Assembly: GCA_045534635.1 (NCBI GenBank)
Contig: JAZSKB010000051.1
Location: 4,663-68,662, forward strand
Source: Bacteroidales bacterium
Lineage (GTDB): Bacteria > Bacteroidota > Bacteroidia > Bacteroidales > WCHB1-69
Reading direction: 5' to 3'
Length of the DNA stretch: 64,000 nt
The notes under the pieces were generated by a model, which was given only the letters and a program-made list of their open reading frames with translations, ran no database searches and had not been told where the DNA came from. Of this stretch, positions 10,676 to 21,024 are shown one piece after another; the stretch's first letter is position 1, and each line of letters opens with the position of its first letter. Position numbers and translations under genes: made by a program.

Positions 10676-10693
10676 TGCATTTGTAAAAATGCA
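10676..10693. promoter_or_regulatory. Palindrome TGCATTT-N4-AAATGCA; candidate regulator or enhancer-binding site
   Basis: Perfect 7-bp inverted repeat ~100 nt upstream of the sigma-54-type motif at 10781. Confidence 0.25.
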
Positions 10694-10780
10694 TAAGAGT
10701 AAAAAATGTTGTAATTTTAATTCATTGACATGCAGTGTTTTGTAATTTTTTTTAAACAAAAGCTCATAAAATAGCATTTG

Positions 10781-10795
10781 TGGCACAAAAATTGC
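10781..10795 (+). promoter_or_regulatory. Sigma-54 (RpoN) -24/-12 promoter motif TGGCAC-N5-TTGC
   Basis: TGGCACAAAAATTGC with canonical GG-N10-GC spacing, 19 nt upstream of the ATG at 10814. Confidence 0.5.
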
Positions 10796-10813
10796 TTTAA
10801 TGAATATTAAAAA

Positions 10814-11236
10814 ATGAAAATAATGACACAGGATATAAAATTTAAAGTAAGAAAATTGCTCTGTTTATTAATAGGAAGTGTTTTTTTAATACTTACTACG
10901 AGCATGAACGAAGATACAGTATCAAGTATAAATAAATGTATTTCCGAAGCCGATGCCCAATGTTTGTCTTCGTTTTTAAATACAACCATTGAAATGAATG
11001 TATTGGGTAATAATGGATATTATGGGAAATCGCAGGCAGAAACAATCTTAATTTCTTTTTTTAAAGAAAATCCTCCTCGTGATTTTAGCGTTAAACAAGG
11101 AGGTTCAACATCGGCAAATACTAAATTTTCTATAGGAACATACAATACTTCAAAAGAATCTTTTAGAATATATTATGTTCTTAAAAAAGAAGGAAATATC
11201 GAAAAAATCACTAAATTAACAATAGAAAAACGATAA
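10814..11236 (+). CDS. DUF4783-like small secreted protein
   Basis: 140 aa with an N-terminal hydrophobic segment. The family is recalled as commonly adjacent to nadC in Bacteroidota. Confidence 0.5.
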   Translation: MKIMTQDIKFKVRKLLCLLIGSVFLILTTSMNEDTVSSINKCISEADAQCLSSFLNTTIEMNVLGNNGYYGKSQAETILISFFKENPPRDFSVKQGGSTSANTKFSIGTYNTSKESFRIYYVLKKEGNIEKITKLTIEKR

Positions 11237-11248
11237 TTTTAATAGAAT

Positions 11249-12085
11249 ATGCAAATAGAAGAGTTTATTACTTTAGCAATAAAAGAAGATATTGGCAATG
11301 GAGACCATTCCTCCCTTTTGTCAATACCCCAAGAAGCACAAGGTCAAGCATATCTTTTAGTAAAAGAAAATGGAGTACTTGCTGGTGTTGATATTGCCAA
11401 AAAAGTATTTAATCTCATTGATGAAAATTTAAATCTTAATATCTTAATTCCAGACGGAGCCAAAATCACAAAAGAAGATATCGTTTTTGAAGTATCTGGC
11501 AATAAACGTTCGATTCTTATGGCAGAACGTTTAGTGCTAAATATTATGCAAAGAATGAGTGGAATTGCTACAAAAACAGCATATTATTGTTCATTAATAG
11601 AAGGGACCTCTGCTAAATTGTTGGATACACGAAAAACAACCCCCAATATGCGTATGTTGGAAAAAATGGCAGTTAAAATAGGTGGAGGATATAATCATCG
11701 TTTTGGGTTATACGACATGATTATGTTGAAAGACAATCATATAGATTTTGCAGGAGGAATAGCAAATGCTATTGGTAAAGTTCATCAATATTTAAAGGAA
11801 AATCATTTAAATATAAAAGTAGAAATAGAAACACGTTCTTTAGCCGATGTCAAAGAGGTAATCAAACTCGGTGGAATAGATAGAATAATGTTTGATAATT
11901 TTTCACCAGAAGAAGTACGTCAAGCGGTAGTATTGGTAAATGGTAATTTTGAAACAGAAGCCTCTGGAAATATAACAGAAACCACTATCCGCGATTATGC
12001 CCAAACCGGTGTAGATTATATTTCAGTGGGAGCTTTGACACATTCGGTAAAAAGTTTGGACTTAAGTTTAAAAGCAAAATTATAA
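11249..12085 (+). CDS. nadC: Nicotinate-nucleotide pyrophosphorylase (carboxylating)
   Basis: 278 aa. Contains LLDTRKTTPNMR, GGGYNHRFGLYD, MLKDNH and MFDNF blocks typical of NadC. Confidence 0.93.
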   Translation: MQIEEFITLAIKEDIGNGDHSSLLSIPQEAQGQAYLLVKENGVLAGVDIAKKVFNLIDENLNLNILIPDGAKITKEDIVFEVSGNKRSILMAERLVLNIMQRMSGIATKTAYYCSLIEGTSAKLLDTRKTTPNMRMLEKMAVKIGGGYNHRFGLYDMIMLKDNHIDFAGGIANAIGKVHQYLKENHLNIKVEIETRSLADVKEVIKLGGIDRIMFDNFSPEEVRQAVVLVNGNFETEASGNITETTIRDYAQTGVDYISVGALTHSVKSLDLSLKAKL

Positions 12086-13077
12086 TGAACAATTCAATAA
12101 AAACAATAGGAATACTAACTTCAGGAGGCGATGCCCCCGGAATGAATGCCGCTATTAGAGCCGCTACTCGTGCTGCTATTAATAATAATATAAATGTAAT
12201 AGGAATTCGTCGAGGATATCAAGGATTGATAGATAATGATACAATTCCTTTAGATTCTTATAGTGTACGAGGAATCATTCAACGCGGAGGAACAATGCTT
12301 TTGTCTGCCCGTTGTCCTGAATTCAAAACTACAGAAGGATTAGACAAAGCTATGCAAAATTTAAAAGCAAATAACATTGATGCTTTAATAGTTATAGGAG
12401 GAGATGGTACTTTTAGAGGTGCTAACGATTTGATAAATCGTTTCAATTTCCCTATTGTCGGTATTCCTGGAACAATAGACAATGATATTTATGGTACAGA
12501 ATATACTATAGGCTACGATACTTGTTTGAATACTGTTGTAGATGCAGTGGATAAACTTCGAGATACTGGTAGTTCTCACAATACTATATTTTTTGTAGAA
12601 GTTATGGGCAACGAATCGGGATTTGTTGCTATGAATAGCGGTTTAGCATGTGGAGCAGAAATAATTATGGTACCAGAACAACAAAATCAAATGAAAAAAG
12701 TTCGTGATTTTTTGAAAGAACGAGCAAGACGAAATAAGTCAAGTCTTATAATGGTTGCAGAAGGAGTAGAAGGAGGAGCCATGTCCATTGCAAAATTGTT
12801 AGAAAAAGAATTTCCTCAATTTAGTATAAGAGTATCTGTTTTAGGTCATATTCAACGAGGAGGAAGCCCCAGTTCAAAAGATAGAATTTCCGCAAGTGAA
12901 TTAGGAGTAGCCGCCGTTCAAGCCTTACTTGCAGGTCAAACAGCAGTAATGGTAGGATATGAACACAATAAAATTCATTTAGAATTGCTTAGTAAAGCAG
13001 TAAAAATGCACAAACGTATTAATTCTAATTTAATAAGTGTTGCAGAAAGTATTGGAACATTTACCCCAATAGATTAA
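12085..13077 (+). CDS. pfkA: ATP-dependent 6-phosphofructokinase
   Basis: 330 aa. Contains GILTSGGDAPGMNAAIR, IGGDGTFRGA, GIPGTIDNDI and LGHIQRGGSP motifs. TAATG overlap with nadC. Confidence 0.95.
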   Translation: MNNSIKTIGILTSGGDAPGMNAAIRAATRAAINNNINVIGIRRGYQGLIDNDTIPLDSYSVRGIIQRGGTMLLSARCPEFKTTEGLDKAMQNLKANNIDALIVIGGDGTFRGANDLINRFNFPIVGIPGTIDNDIYGTEYTIGYDTCLNTVVDAVDKLRDTGSSHNTIFFVEVMGNESGFVAMNSGLACGAEIIMVPEQQNQMKKVRDFLKERARRNKSSLIMVAEGVEGGAMSIAKLLEKEFPQFSIRVSVLGHIQRGGSPSSKDRISASELGVAAVQALLAGQTAVMVGYEHNKIHLELLSKAVKMHKRINSNLISVAESIGTFTPID

Positions 13078-14981
13078 TCCATTTCTTTTTTTAATGTTAA
13101 AATAGATTGTATAATACTATCTACATCTATTTTACACAATTTATGTAATTGAGCAACAGTTCCTTGCTCAATAAACATATCGGGAATACCCATAATATGA
13201 AGACGATTGTTGTAATGATGTTGACTGATAAATTCAGCGACAGCACTTCCTAATCCTCCAATACGACATCCATTTTCAAGTGTTAAAATTGTTTTGTACT
13301 GTTTACAAACATCATGAAGCAAATGCTCATCTAATGGTTTCAAAAAACGCATATTGTACACAGCAATATTTATTCCATTGTCTTTTAATTTATTTGCAGC
13401 GACAATTGCATCGTTGGTAATGTGTCCAATGCTAAGAATAGCAATATCTTGCCCTTCTTGTAAACAAATACCTTTTCCAATAGGTATTTCGGTAAAAGGT
13501 TGATTTTTCCATTTTACATTGGCACCATTTCCACGTGGATAACGTATAGAAAAAGGTTTTGGCGTAATAGTTGCTGTGTACATCATATTACGAAGTTCAA
13601 GTTCATTGCAAGGAGCAGAAATAATCATATTGGGAATACAACGCAAATAAGCAAAATCAAAATTTCCATGATGTGTTGCACCATCTTCACCAACTAAACC
13701 CGCTCTATCAATACAGAAAATAACGTGAAGATTTTGTAAAGCAACATCATGAATAATTTGGTCGTATGCTCTTTGTAAAAAACTTGAATAAATATTACAA
13801 AATGGAATATATCCTTCTGTTGCCAATCCTGCAGAAAATGTTACAGCATGTTGTTCTGCAATACCAACATCAAAACAACGTTTGGGAAATACTTCCATCA
13901 TAATGTCCATAGAACAACCACTTGCCATAGCGGGAGTAATACCAACAATTTTTTTATTATCCTTAGCCAAATCCAATAAAGTATTACCAAATACTTTTTG
14001 ATATTTCTCAATAGTATCAGGAGAAATAGATGGCGTGATAATATTGCCTGTTTTAGCATCGAAAATGCCAGGAGCATGATACAAAGTTTGCTTTTCTTCT
14101 GCTTGTTTCAATCCTTTTCCTTTGACAGTAACACAATGAAGTAATTTTGCTCCCGAAATATTTTTCAATCGTTTAAGCATTCTTACCAAAAAAAGAATAT
14201 TGTGACCATCAATAGGACCAAAATAACGAAATCCCAAAGATTCAAACATATTACTATCCTGAAGTAAACTTCCTTTAATAGCAGTTTGTGTAGATTGAAT
14301 CATGTGAATAGCCTTGTTCCCATTTTTTTTCTTTCTATTGAGAAGATGCCATACTTTATCTTTAAGTTTATTGTATGTCAAAGAAGTGGTTAATGTTGCT
14401 AAATAATTGCTCATTCCACCAACATTTTTATCAATAGCCATACCATTGTCGTTGAGAATAACGAGAACATTGGCTTTAGAGATACCTGTTTGATTAAGCC
14501 CTTCAAATGCTTCTCCCCCAGTCATAGAACCATCACCAATAACAGCAATATGATTGCGAAGAAAATTTTCTTCAAGAGAAGAAGCGGTAGCCATTCCTAA
14601 AATAGCAGAAATAGAAGTAGAAGAATGTCCGACACCAAAAGCATCGTATGGACTTTCACTCATTTTAGGAAAACCACTAATACCTTTGTATTTACGATTT
14701 TGTTGAAAAGCTTCACGTCGACCAGTAAGTATTTTGTGAGCATAGGCTTGATGACCAACGTCCCATACCAATTTATCGTCAGGAGTATCAAAAACGTAAT
14801 GAATAGCAACAGCAAGTTCAATAGCCCCCAAACTCGAACCAAGATGTCCCGGATTAGTTGCTGTTTGTTCAATAATATATTGACGCAATTCGGCACACAA
14901 TGATTCCAATTGCTCTTCTTTAAGTTGTTTTAAATCTTTAGAAGAATTAATCGTTGATAACAATGGGTATTTCTGTTCCAC
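13074..14981 (-). CDS. dxs: 1-deoxy-D-xylulose-5-phosphate synthase
   Basis: 635 aa with a GTG start. Contains GHLGSSLG, WDVGHQAYAHKILTGRR, the GDGSMTGG TPP motif and DRAGLVGEDGATHHG. Confidence 0.95.
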   Translation of the reverse strand: MEQKYPLLSTINSSKDLKQLKEEQLESLCAELRQYIIEQTATNPGHLGSSLGAIELAVAIHYVFDTPDDKLVWDVGHQAYAHKILTGRREAFQQNRKYKGISGFPKMSESPYDAFGVGHSSTSISAILGMATASSLEENFLRNHIAVIGDGSMTGGEAFEGLNQTGISKANVLVILNDNGMAIDKNVGGMSNYLATLTTSLTYNKLKDKVWHLLNRKKKNGNKAIHMIQSTQTAIKGSLLQDSNMFESLGFRYFGPIDGHNILFLVRMLKRLKNISGAKLLHCVTVKGKGLKQAEEKQTLYHAPGIFDAKTGNIITPSISPDTIEKYQKVFGNTLLDLAKDNKKIVGITPAMASGCSMDIMMEVFPKRCFDVGIAEQHAVTFSAGLATEGYIPFCNIYSSFLQRAYDQIIHDVALQNLHVIFCIDRAGLVGEDGATHHGNFDFAYLRCIPNMIISAPCNELELRNMMYTATITPKPFSIRYPRGNGANVKWKNQPFTEIPIGKGICLQEGQDIAILSIGHITNDAIVAANKLKDNGINIAVYNMRFLKPLDEHLLHDVCKQYKTILTLENGCRIGGLGSAVAEFISQHHYNNRLHIMGIPDMFIEQGTVAQLHKLCKIDVDSIIQSILTLKKEMD

Positions 14982-15001
14982 AATAAAATTAAAATTTGCA
15001 A

Positions 15002-16111
15002 TTATTTATCATTGTCAGAAATTTCTCTTACTATAGGTATTGCTCGATGTTGATTATTAGGAAGATAGTATTCCAAAGGTTGTACAATACGGTCGAACAC
15101 AAAAAATTGACACAAATATACTTCATTTTTATTGTCATTGACAATAGCATAAAATTTATCTTTGTTGTAGGCATCAATAAATTCTAAATTGTAGTCATAA
15201 TTAGCAGTATCTAATATGGTATTGATGCGAAACATAGTTATTTTTGTTGTCTTATTGTGAATATCTGTAATAGAAATTTCTTTAAAAAGGTTCATAAAAA
15301 TAGAATCTTTTTCTGATTCTTGCAATTCCATATCTTGCATTTCGTAATTAAGATTTCTATAATCGGACAAATGGTCTAATAATTTAAGCGTATCATATTG
15401 AGGAAGTTTTTCACCATTTGCATTGTAAATGTTAAAATGTTTTCCCTTACCTTTTTCTATAAGCATACTTTGTTCAGGAAATTCATAATCAACAATTTTC
15501 ACAAGTTGAATTTGAGATAATTTTAGTTTTACAATATTATGAGTACGCCAAGAATCTTCAAAAGGAGAATATTTAGGACGAACAAAACCTCTAAATCCTG
15601 GTAGATAAACGACACATGGAATTTTTGCACCTTCTAAAATAGCGTAATTGCCTAAATTGTCCATAGTTTGTTGTCCGAGATAATATATTTTCGTGTTAGT
15701 ATATTCCCATAATCGCAAAGAACCTAATTTGATATAATAATCCTTGAAATAAATTTCAACTTTTACAGCACCTGAAGCCATTCGTTTATTGATATTGTCG
15801 CGTGCAGATTTCCCTACAGGAGCTTTCATTGTCAGATTAGCAATACAATTGAGGAGGTCATCAATATTGTTTTTCATCACTTCGTGTTTATGATTGACAA
15901 TCCAACCTTTGCCAGTTTTTTCTAACAAAACATTGTTTTCGTTACCATCGGCAATAAAAATTTTTTCAATAGCAGAAGTATCACTAACAGCAAAACTTTT
16001 TTCGTCGGAACTTATTGTACCAGAACGACGAGTTACTAAAAATAAAATAGCAACCAATATAAGCGTAAGACTAATAAATATAAGAATACTATTTTTTCTC
16101 TTTTTTGTCAT
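15002..16111 (-). CDS. DUF4340-like protein, typically encoded downstream of gldG
   Basis: 369 aa with an N-terminal TM anchor. Its position after gldF-gldG matches the conserved Bacteroidota arrangement. Confidence 0.55.
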   Translation of the reverse strand: MTKKRKNSILIFISLTLILVAILFLVTRRSGTISSDEKSFAVSDTSAIEKIFIADGNENNVLLEKTGKGWIVNHKHEVMKNNIDDLLNCIANLTMKAPVGKSARDNINKRMASGAVKVEIYFKDYYIKLGSLRLWEYTNTKIYYLGQQTMDNLGNYAILEGAKIPCVVYLPGFRGFVRPKYSPFEDSWRTHNIVKLKLSQIQLVKIVDYEFPEQSMLIEKGKGKHFNIYNANGEKLPQYDTLKLLDHLSDYRNLNYEMQDMELQESEKDSIFMNLFKEISITDIHNKTTKITMFRINTILDTANYDYNLEFIDAYNKDKFYAIVNDNKNEVYLCQFFVFDRIVQPLEYYLPNNQHRAIPIVREISDNDK

Positions 16112-16114
16112 GAT

Positions 16115-17881
16115 TTATCGTTTTGTTTTATATTTTACATTTCTAATAGTGATTACGGTAATGCCTAAACAAACAATAAAAATTAAAGGAACCAATAAAT
16201 TAAGACATTGCCAAAATATACGTTGTTTTAATATCCTGTTTTTATCTAACAATCTCATTTTGAAATCTTTGGAGCGAACTTGTAAAATAGATTCGTCATC
16301 ACAAAGATAATTGACAGCATTGAGTAAGAAATTTTTGTTTGCAAAAGCGGTGTTTGTATATCTATCAAAACCTAATGGAAAAACAAAATCATTGTTTCCA
16401 ATTTGATTTTTTATCATATCTCCATCTGCAACAAAAATCATTTTAGTAGGTTTACTTTTTTCTATTAATCCTAATTCTTGAATACGCTCTCCTTGCAAAT
16501 CAGTATAAAGAGAATGAAAAACTCCTTCTACCAATACACTCACAGGTAAATATTGTTTGTTAAATTGTCGTAAATCAGCACGTTTTTTGAGAACTTCAAG
16601 GCTAATAATAGCAGGCGTATTCATTACTTTAGTATTTTGAGAGGTTGTTAACAAAATCTGTTTTTTTACTTCTCTATTACCAGAACCAATAGTATCAATA
16701 GAACTGATAAATTCACTTTTTAACAAACTAAGATTTTTAACAATAGGATGATTAGCAAATGGCGTAATAATAGGAAAATAATAAAAAGGAATCAATTTAA
16801 ATTGATTTTGTCCAGCAACTTCTTCTCCACTGCTAACAGGAATTGCTAAAGCATTGAGGTCTTGCAACAAGTTGGTATTAAAACGAACACCATAACGGAA
16901 AAATAAATCATCAAGATTCAAATCTCTTGGAATACAAGGCATTTCTTGATGATTGTACATACTATCAATTTCTGCCATAACAGGGTCAACATACCAAAGT
17001 AAACGACCTCCACGCATCACAAATTGGTCTAAAAGGTATTTTTCATAATCGCCAAAAGGAATTGTTGGTTTAGCAATAATTAGCAAGTCATATTTGTTTC
17101 CCGTGATAGTGAAATCATTAGAAATACTATCTTTTATTTCAATATTAAAAATACTTGAAATTTTGTTGTCTAAAATAACAGAATCTACTTCATAAAATTG
17201 AGCAATAGCCAGTGCTGCTTTGAGCACTTCCCAATTTGTAAGTTCTCCATGTCCTTTCAAAAAAGCAACTTTTGCCTTTTGTTGATGAGTAATGCGACGG
17301 ATAGCGTTGCTAAGATTGTATTCTAATTTTTCAATAGAATATTTGACAATATCTTCTCTTTGAGTAAGTAAACCTTCATCAGCATCAACAAGTTGTACAG
17401 GAATTTCAAATCCTTGATAACTAACAAAAGCCCCTGGAACAATATATGTAGTACTTACTCCATCAGATTTCATCGATTGAATGGCTTGTGGTCGAAGCCC
17501 TTTCTGATAAAGTTCGCCATATATCGCATTGAGTTCTTGTTGAGTTTTGTTTTTTGCAGGGTCAATAAATTCATATTCAATATTATCTGTTACAATACGC
17601 ATTTCATCAAGAAGTTCGCGAGTTTTGTCTGACAATTCTGCAAAATCGGCAGGCAAATTGTTCCCTTCTAAATAAACTCTTACATAGATAACATCATTAA
17701 GATCTTTCAACATTTCTTTTGTAGAAGAAGAAAGTGTGAAACGTTTTTCTGCAGTAAGATCAAAACGATGAAACAAAAATGCAGAAATAATATTTATAGC
17801 GATAATAACAATTATCACCGACGAAAATTGAATTAAATTGTCTTTCTTTATATTATTAGAACTATTTTTCTTTATTTTCAT
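16115..17881 (-). CDS. gldG: Gliding-motility-associated ABC transporter accessory protein GldG
   Basis: 588 aa with N- and C-terminal TM helices. It lies immediately downstream of an ABC-2 permease (gldF). Confidence 0.75.
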   Translation of the reverse strand: MKIKKNSSNNIKKDNLIQFSSVIIVIIAINIISAFLFHRFDLTAEKRFTLSSSTKEMLKDLNDVIYVRVYLEGNNLPADFAELSDKTRELLDEMRIVTDNIEYEFIDPAKNKTQQELNAIYGELYQKGLRPQAIQSMKSDGVSTTYIVPGAFVSYQGFEIPVQLVDADEGLLTQREDIVKYSIEKLEYNLSNAIRRITHQQKAKVAFLKGHGELTNWEVLKAALAIAQFYEVDSVILDNKISSIFNIEIKDSISNDFTITGNKYDLLIIAKPTIPFGDYEKYLLDQFVMRGGRLLWYVDPVMAEIDSMYNHQEMPCIPRDLNLDDLFFRYGVRFNTNLLQDLNALAIPVSSGEEVAGQNQFKLIPFYYFPIITPFANHPIVKNLSLLKSEFISSIDTIGSGNREVKKQILLTTSQNTKVMNTPAIISLEVLKKRADLRQFNKQYLPVSVLVEGVFHSLYTDLQGERIQELGLIEKSKPTKMIFVADGDMIKNQIGNNDFVFPLGFDRYTNTAFANKNFLLNAVNYLCDDESILQVRSKDFKMRLLDKNRILKQRIFWQCLNLLVPLIFIVCLGITVITIRNVKYKTKR

Positions 17882-17899
17882 GACAAATAAATTTTAGAT

Positions 17900-18631
17900 T
17901 TACCATTTTCTACTTTGCAAACGAAGTTTAGAAAACATTAAAAATAAAACAATTACACTTAAAAAATAAATCACATCTCGCGTATCAATCACTCCTCGAC
18001 TGATAGATGCATAATGATGTTCTATTCCTAAAGTTTTAATGATAGAACCAATAGAACCAAACACATGAAATGAGTAAATGAAATCAAACCCAAGCCATGC
18101 AATAAAACAAAGTAATACTGCTAAAATAAATGAAACAATTTGACTATCTGTAAGCAATGAACAAAAAAGACCTATCGCTGCAAAAGTGGCACCCAAAAAA
18201 AACAATCCTAAATAAGAACCGCACATCGCTCCTAAATCTACATTACCTTGAGGATATCCTAAAATATAAATAGTTAACAGATAGATAAATGTTGGAAAAA
18301 TAGAAACAAAAACAAGTACCAAATTAGCAAGATATTTTGCTAAAATAATCTGCATATCACTCAATGGCATTGTAAGCAATAACTCTATTGTTCCAATACG
18401 TTTTTCTTCAGCAAAAGAACGCATAGTAATTGCAGGAACAAGTAATAAAAATACAATTGGAGCAAGAGAAAACAATGAACTTAAATCGGCAAAACCTCTA
18501 TCAAGAATATTGTACGACATTGGAAAAACCCACAAAAATAAGCCTGTAAGTGATAAAAATACACCCATTACTACGTAGCCTATCACCGAATGTAGAAATA
18601 CTCGAATTTCTTTAATAAATAAACTAAACAT
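17900..18631 (-). CDS. gldF: Gliding-motility-associated ABC transporter permease GldF
   Basis: 243 aa polytopic ABC-2 type permease, paired with gldG. Confidence 0.75.
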   Translation of the reverse strand: MFSLFIKEIRVFLHSVIGYVVMGVFLSLTGLFLWVFPMSYNILDRGFADLSSLFSLAPIVFLLLVPAITMRSFAEEKRIGTIELLLTMPLSDMQIILAKYLANLVLVFVSIFPTFIYLLTIYILGYPQGNVDLGAMCGSYLGLFFLGATFAAIGLFCSLLTDSQIVSFILAVLLCFIAWLGFDFIYSFHVFGSIGSIIKTLGIEHHYASISRGVIDTRDVIYFLSVIVLFLMFSKLRLQSRKW

Positions 18632-18671
18632 CTATTGTTTTTGATTTATTGATAATAAATGAAATAATCTG

Positions 18672-18679
18672 CAAAGATA
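18672..18679 (-). promoter_or_regulatory. -7 box (TATCTTTG, minus strand) for gldF
   Basis: Exact TAnnTTTG match ~40 nt upstream of the gldF ATG. Confidence 0.5.
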
Positions 18680-18756
18680 ACATTTTTTTGAATAACAACG
18701 AAATATTATCAATTATAATTTCAACTAAAAAAGTTATAATAAAACCACCCTAAACT

Positions 18757-18883
18757 CTATAATATTTATTCCAAAAAGTGTGATATTTTTGGCTTTGGTG
18801 GTTTGTAAACATGCAAGGAGATAGGCATTCAAGAAAAAATTTGCAAAACATTTTATAGTTTCTGTAAAAAATGTTATCTTTTT
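18757..18883 (+). repeat. Dispersed intergenic repeat, copy A (partner at 47492..47634)
   Basis: Long shared strings such as ATAGGC.TTCAAGAAAAAATT.GCAAAACATTTTA..GTTTCT.TAAAAAATG. The promoter box is decayed here (TATCTTTT). Confidence 0.7.
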
Positions 18884-18919
18884 AAAAAACAATTTTTTAC
18901 GATTATCTAACTTAGTTAT

Positions 18920-18954
18920 AAATAAAAACCCCCGCAAGTTATACTTGTGAGGGT
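18920..18954 (-). terminator. Rho-independent terminator of the mmd operon
   Basis: Minus-sense stem ACCCTCACAAG/CTTGCGGGGGT (one mismatch, one G-U pair) followed by TTTTTATTT. Confidence 0.65.
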
Positions 18955-18987
18955 TGATAAAGAACTTTATTTTAATTGTATTCACAT

Positions 18988-20547
18988 CTACAATGGTAAA
19001 TTATCATGTTTTTTTGCCGGATTTTCCAAACGTTTTGTTTTAATAGCCTGCAATGATTTAATTACTCGATAACGAGTATTTCTTGGTTCAATTACGTCAT
19101 CGATATAACCATATCTTGCAGCATTGTAAGGATTGCAGAATAGATTATTGTATTCTTCTTTTTTCGCCACAATAGTTTCAATTTGTTTTTGAGGGTCTGT
19201 TTCGGCTTTAATTTCTTTAGAATATAAAACTTCAACAGCACCATCTGCACCCATAACAGCGATTTCAGCAGTTGGCCAAGCGTAATTTACATCACTACGT
19301 AATTGTTTGCAACTCATAACAATATGAGAGCCACCATAAGATTTACGTAAAGTAACAGTTACTTTAGGAACAGTAGATTCTCCATAAGCATACAACAATT
19401 TTGCACCATGAGTAATTACACCACCATATTCTTGAGCAGTTCCTGGCAAGAAACCTGGAACGTCAACCAAAGTAACCAAAGGAATATTGAAAGCATCGCA
19501 AAAACGAACAAAACGAGCACCTTTACGAGACGCATTTATATCTAAAACTCCCGCCATGTGACTTGGTTGGTTTGCTACAATACCAACAGAGATTCCACCC
19601 ATACGAGCAAACCCTACGATAATATTTTTTGCGTACAATGGAGCAATTTCTAAAAATTCACCATTATCAACAATAGTGGTTATCACTTGTTTCATATCGT
19701 ATGGTTTATTTGGATTGTCAGGAATAATATCATTCAAGAAGTCGTCAACTCTTTCAATAGGGTCGGTACATTCTACTTCTGGAGCAGTTTCCATATTGTT
19801 AGAAGGCAAATATCCTATTAAACGACGAATCATAGCGATACCTTCTTCTTCGTTGTCAACAACCAATTGAGCAACACCAGATTTAGAACCATGAACGCTT
19901 GCCCCTCCTAATTCTTCTGTTGTTACATCTTCTCCCAAAACAGTTTTTACTACTTTAGGACCTGTTAAGAACATATAACTGGTATTTTTTACCATCATAA
20001 TAAAATCGGTAAGAGCTGGAGAATATACAGCACCACCAGCACAAGGACCGAAAATAGCAGATATTTGAGGAACAACACCAGAAGCCAAAATATTTCTTTG
20101 GAATATTTCGGAATAACCAGCAAGGCTATTTACACCTTCTTGAATACGAGCACCACCAGAATCATTGATACCAATAATAGGAGCACCCATTTTCATTGCT
20201 AAATCTTGTACTTTACAAATTTTTGCAGCGTGCATTTCTGATAAAGAACCACCAGAAACAGTAAAATCTTGTGCAAACACATATACCAATCTACCATCAA
20301 TGGTACCATAACCGGTAACGACACCGTCAGTAAGAGGATGGTCTTTGTCCATTCCAAAATTGGTACAACGATGTGTTACAAACATATCTAATTCTTCAAA
20401 ACTATCTTCATCTAACAACATTGCGATACGTTCGCGAGCGGTCATTTTACCTTGACTATGTTGTTTTTCTATTCTTTTTTCTCCTCCTGCGAGTCTTGCT
20501 TTTGCTCTAAGCTCCAACAATTCTCTCACTTTATCTTGCATTGCCAT
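18988..20547 (-). CDS. mmdA: Methylmalonyl-CoA decarboxylase alpha subunit (acyl-CoA carboxyltransferase)
   Basis: 519 aa with strong carboxyltransferase-family similarity along the full length. Operon context includes the Na+-pump beta subunit and a biotin carrier. Confidence 0.88.
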   Translation of the reverse strand: MAMQDKVRELLELRAKARLAGGEKRIEKQHSQGKMTARERIAMLLDEDSFEELDMFVTHRCTNFGMDKDHPLTDGVVTGYGTIDGRLVYVFAQDFTVSGGSLSEMHAAKICKVQDLAMKMGAPIIGINDSGGARIQEGVNSLAGYSEIFQRNILASGVVPQISAIFGPCAGGAVYSPALTDFIMMVKNTSYMFLTGPKVVKTVLGEDVTTEELGGASVHGSKSGVAQLVVDNEEEGIAMIRRLIGYLPSNNMETAPEVECTDPIERVDDFLNDIIPDNPNKPYDMKQVITTIVDNGEFLEIAPLYAKNIIVGFARMGGISVGIVANQPSHMAGVLDINASRKGARFVRFCDAFNIPLVTLVDVPGFLPGTAQEYGGVITHGAKLLYAYGESTVPKVTVTLRKSYGGSHIVMSCKQLRSDVNYAWPTAEIAVMGADGAVEVLYSKEIKAETDPQKQIETIVAKKEEYNNLFCNPYNAARYGYIDDVIEPRNTRYRVIKSLQAIKTKRLENPAKKHDNLPL

Positions 20548-20596
20548 ATCTTAACTTTTTTCGTTTAAAATATTATTAAAGCATTTACTTTAAAAA

Positions 20597-21007
20597 TTAC
20601 TCTTTCGCTTTTTCACACAATTCTGTTAAAACACCACCTGTAGATTTAGGGTGTAAAAATGCGATATTCAAACCTTCAGCACCTTTTCTTGGTTGTTTGT
20701 CTATCAATCTAACATCTTTTGCACTAACTTCTTCTAAGGCATTTTGTACGCCATCTACAGCAAATGCTATATGATGAATACCTTCACCTCTCTTTTCTAT
20801 AAAAGATGCTATGGTACTATCTTCGCTTGTAGGTTCTAACAATTCTATTTTAGTTTGCCCAACCATAAAAAAAGCAGTTTTTACTTTTTGGTCAGCAACT
20901 TCTTCAATAGCATAACATTTTAAACCTAATACATTTTCGTAATAAGGTATAGAATCTTCTAAACTTTTTACTGCTATGCCAATATGTTCTATATGTGTTG
21001 GTTTCAT
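20597..21007 (-). CDS. mce: Methylmalonyl-CoA epimerase (VOC/glyoxalase fold)
   Basis: 136 aa. Contains HIGIAV, ELLEP and GIHHIAF motifs. Confidence 0.85.
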   Translation of the reverse strand: MKPTHIEHIGIAVKSLEDSIPYYENVLGLKCYAIEEVADQKVKTAFFMVGQTKIELLEPTSEDSTIASFIEKRGEGIHHIAFAVDGVQNALEEVSAKDVRLIDKQPRKGAEGLNIAFLHPKSTGGVLTELCEKAKE

Positions 21008-21024
21008 AATATTATAATTTTATG

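Noticed and set aside
13074-13077. The convergent genes pfkA and dxs share overlapping stop codons (TTAA) with no intergenic terminator.
   Set aside because: The overlap is real but trivial. Such overlaps are common in compact genomes, and there is no evidence of regulatory significance.
18734-18985. An 83-aa ORF lies in the mmdA-gldF spacer. There are also small AT-rich ORFs at 9461..9769, 26289..26537, 31015..31327 and 55664..55852.
   Set aside because: They are low-complexity Ile/Phe/Lys/Asn-rich translations of AT-rich intergenic or antisense DNA. They overlap terminators, promoters or repeats.
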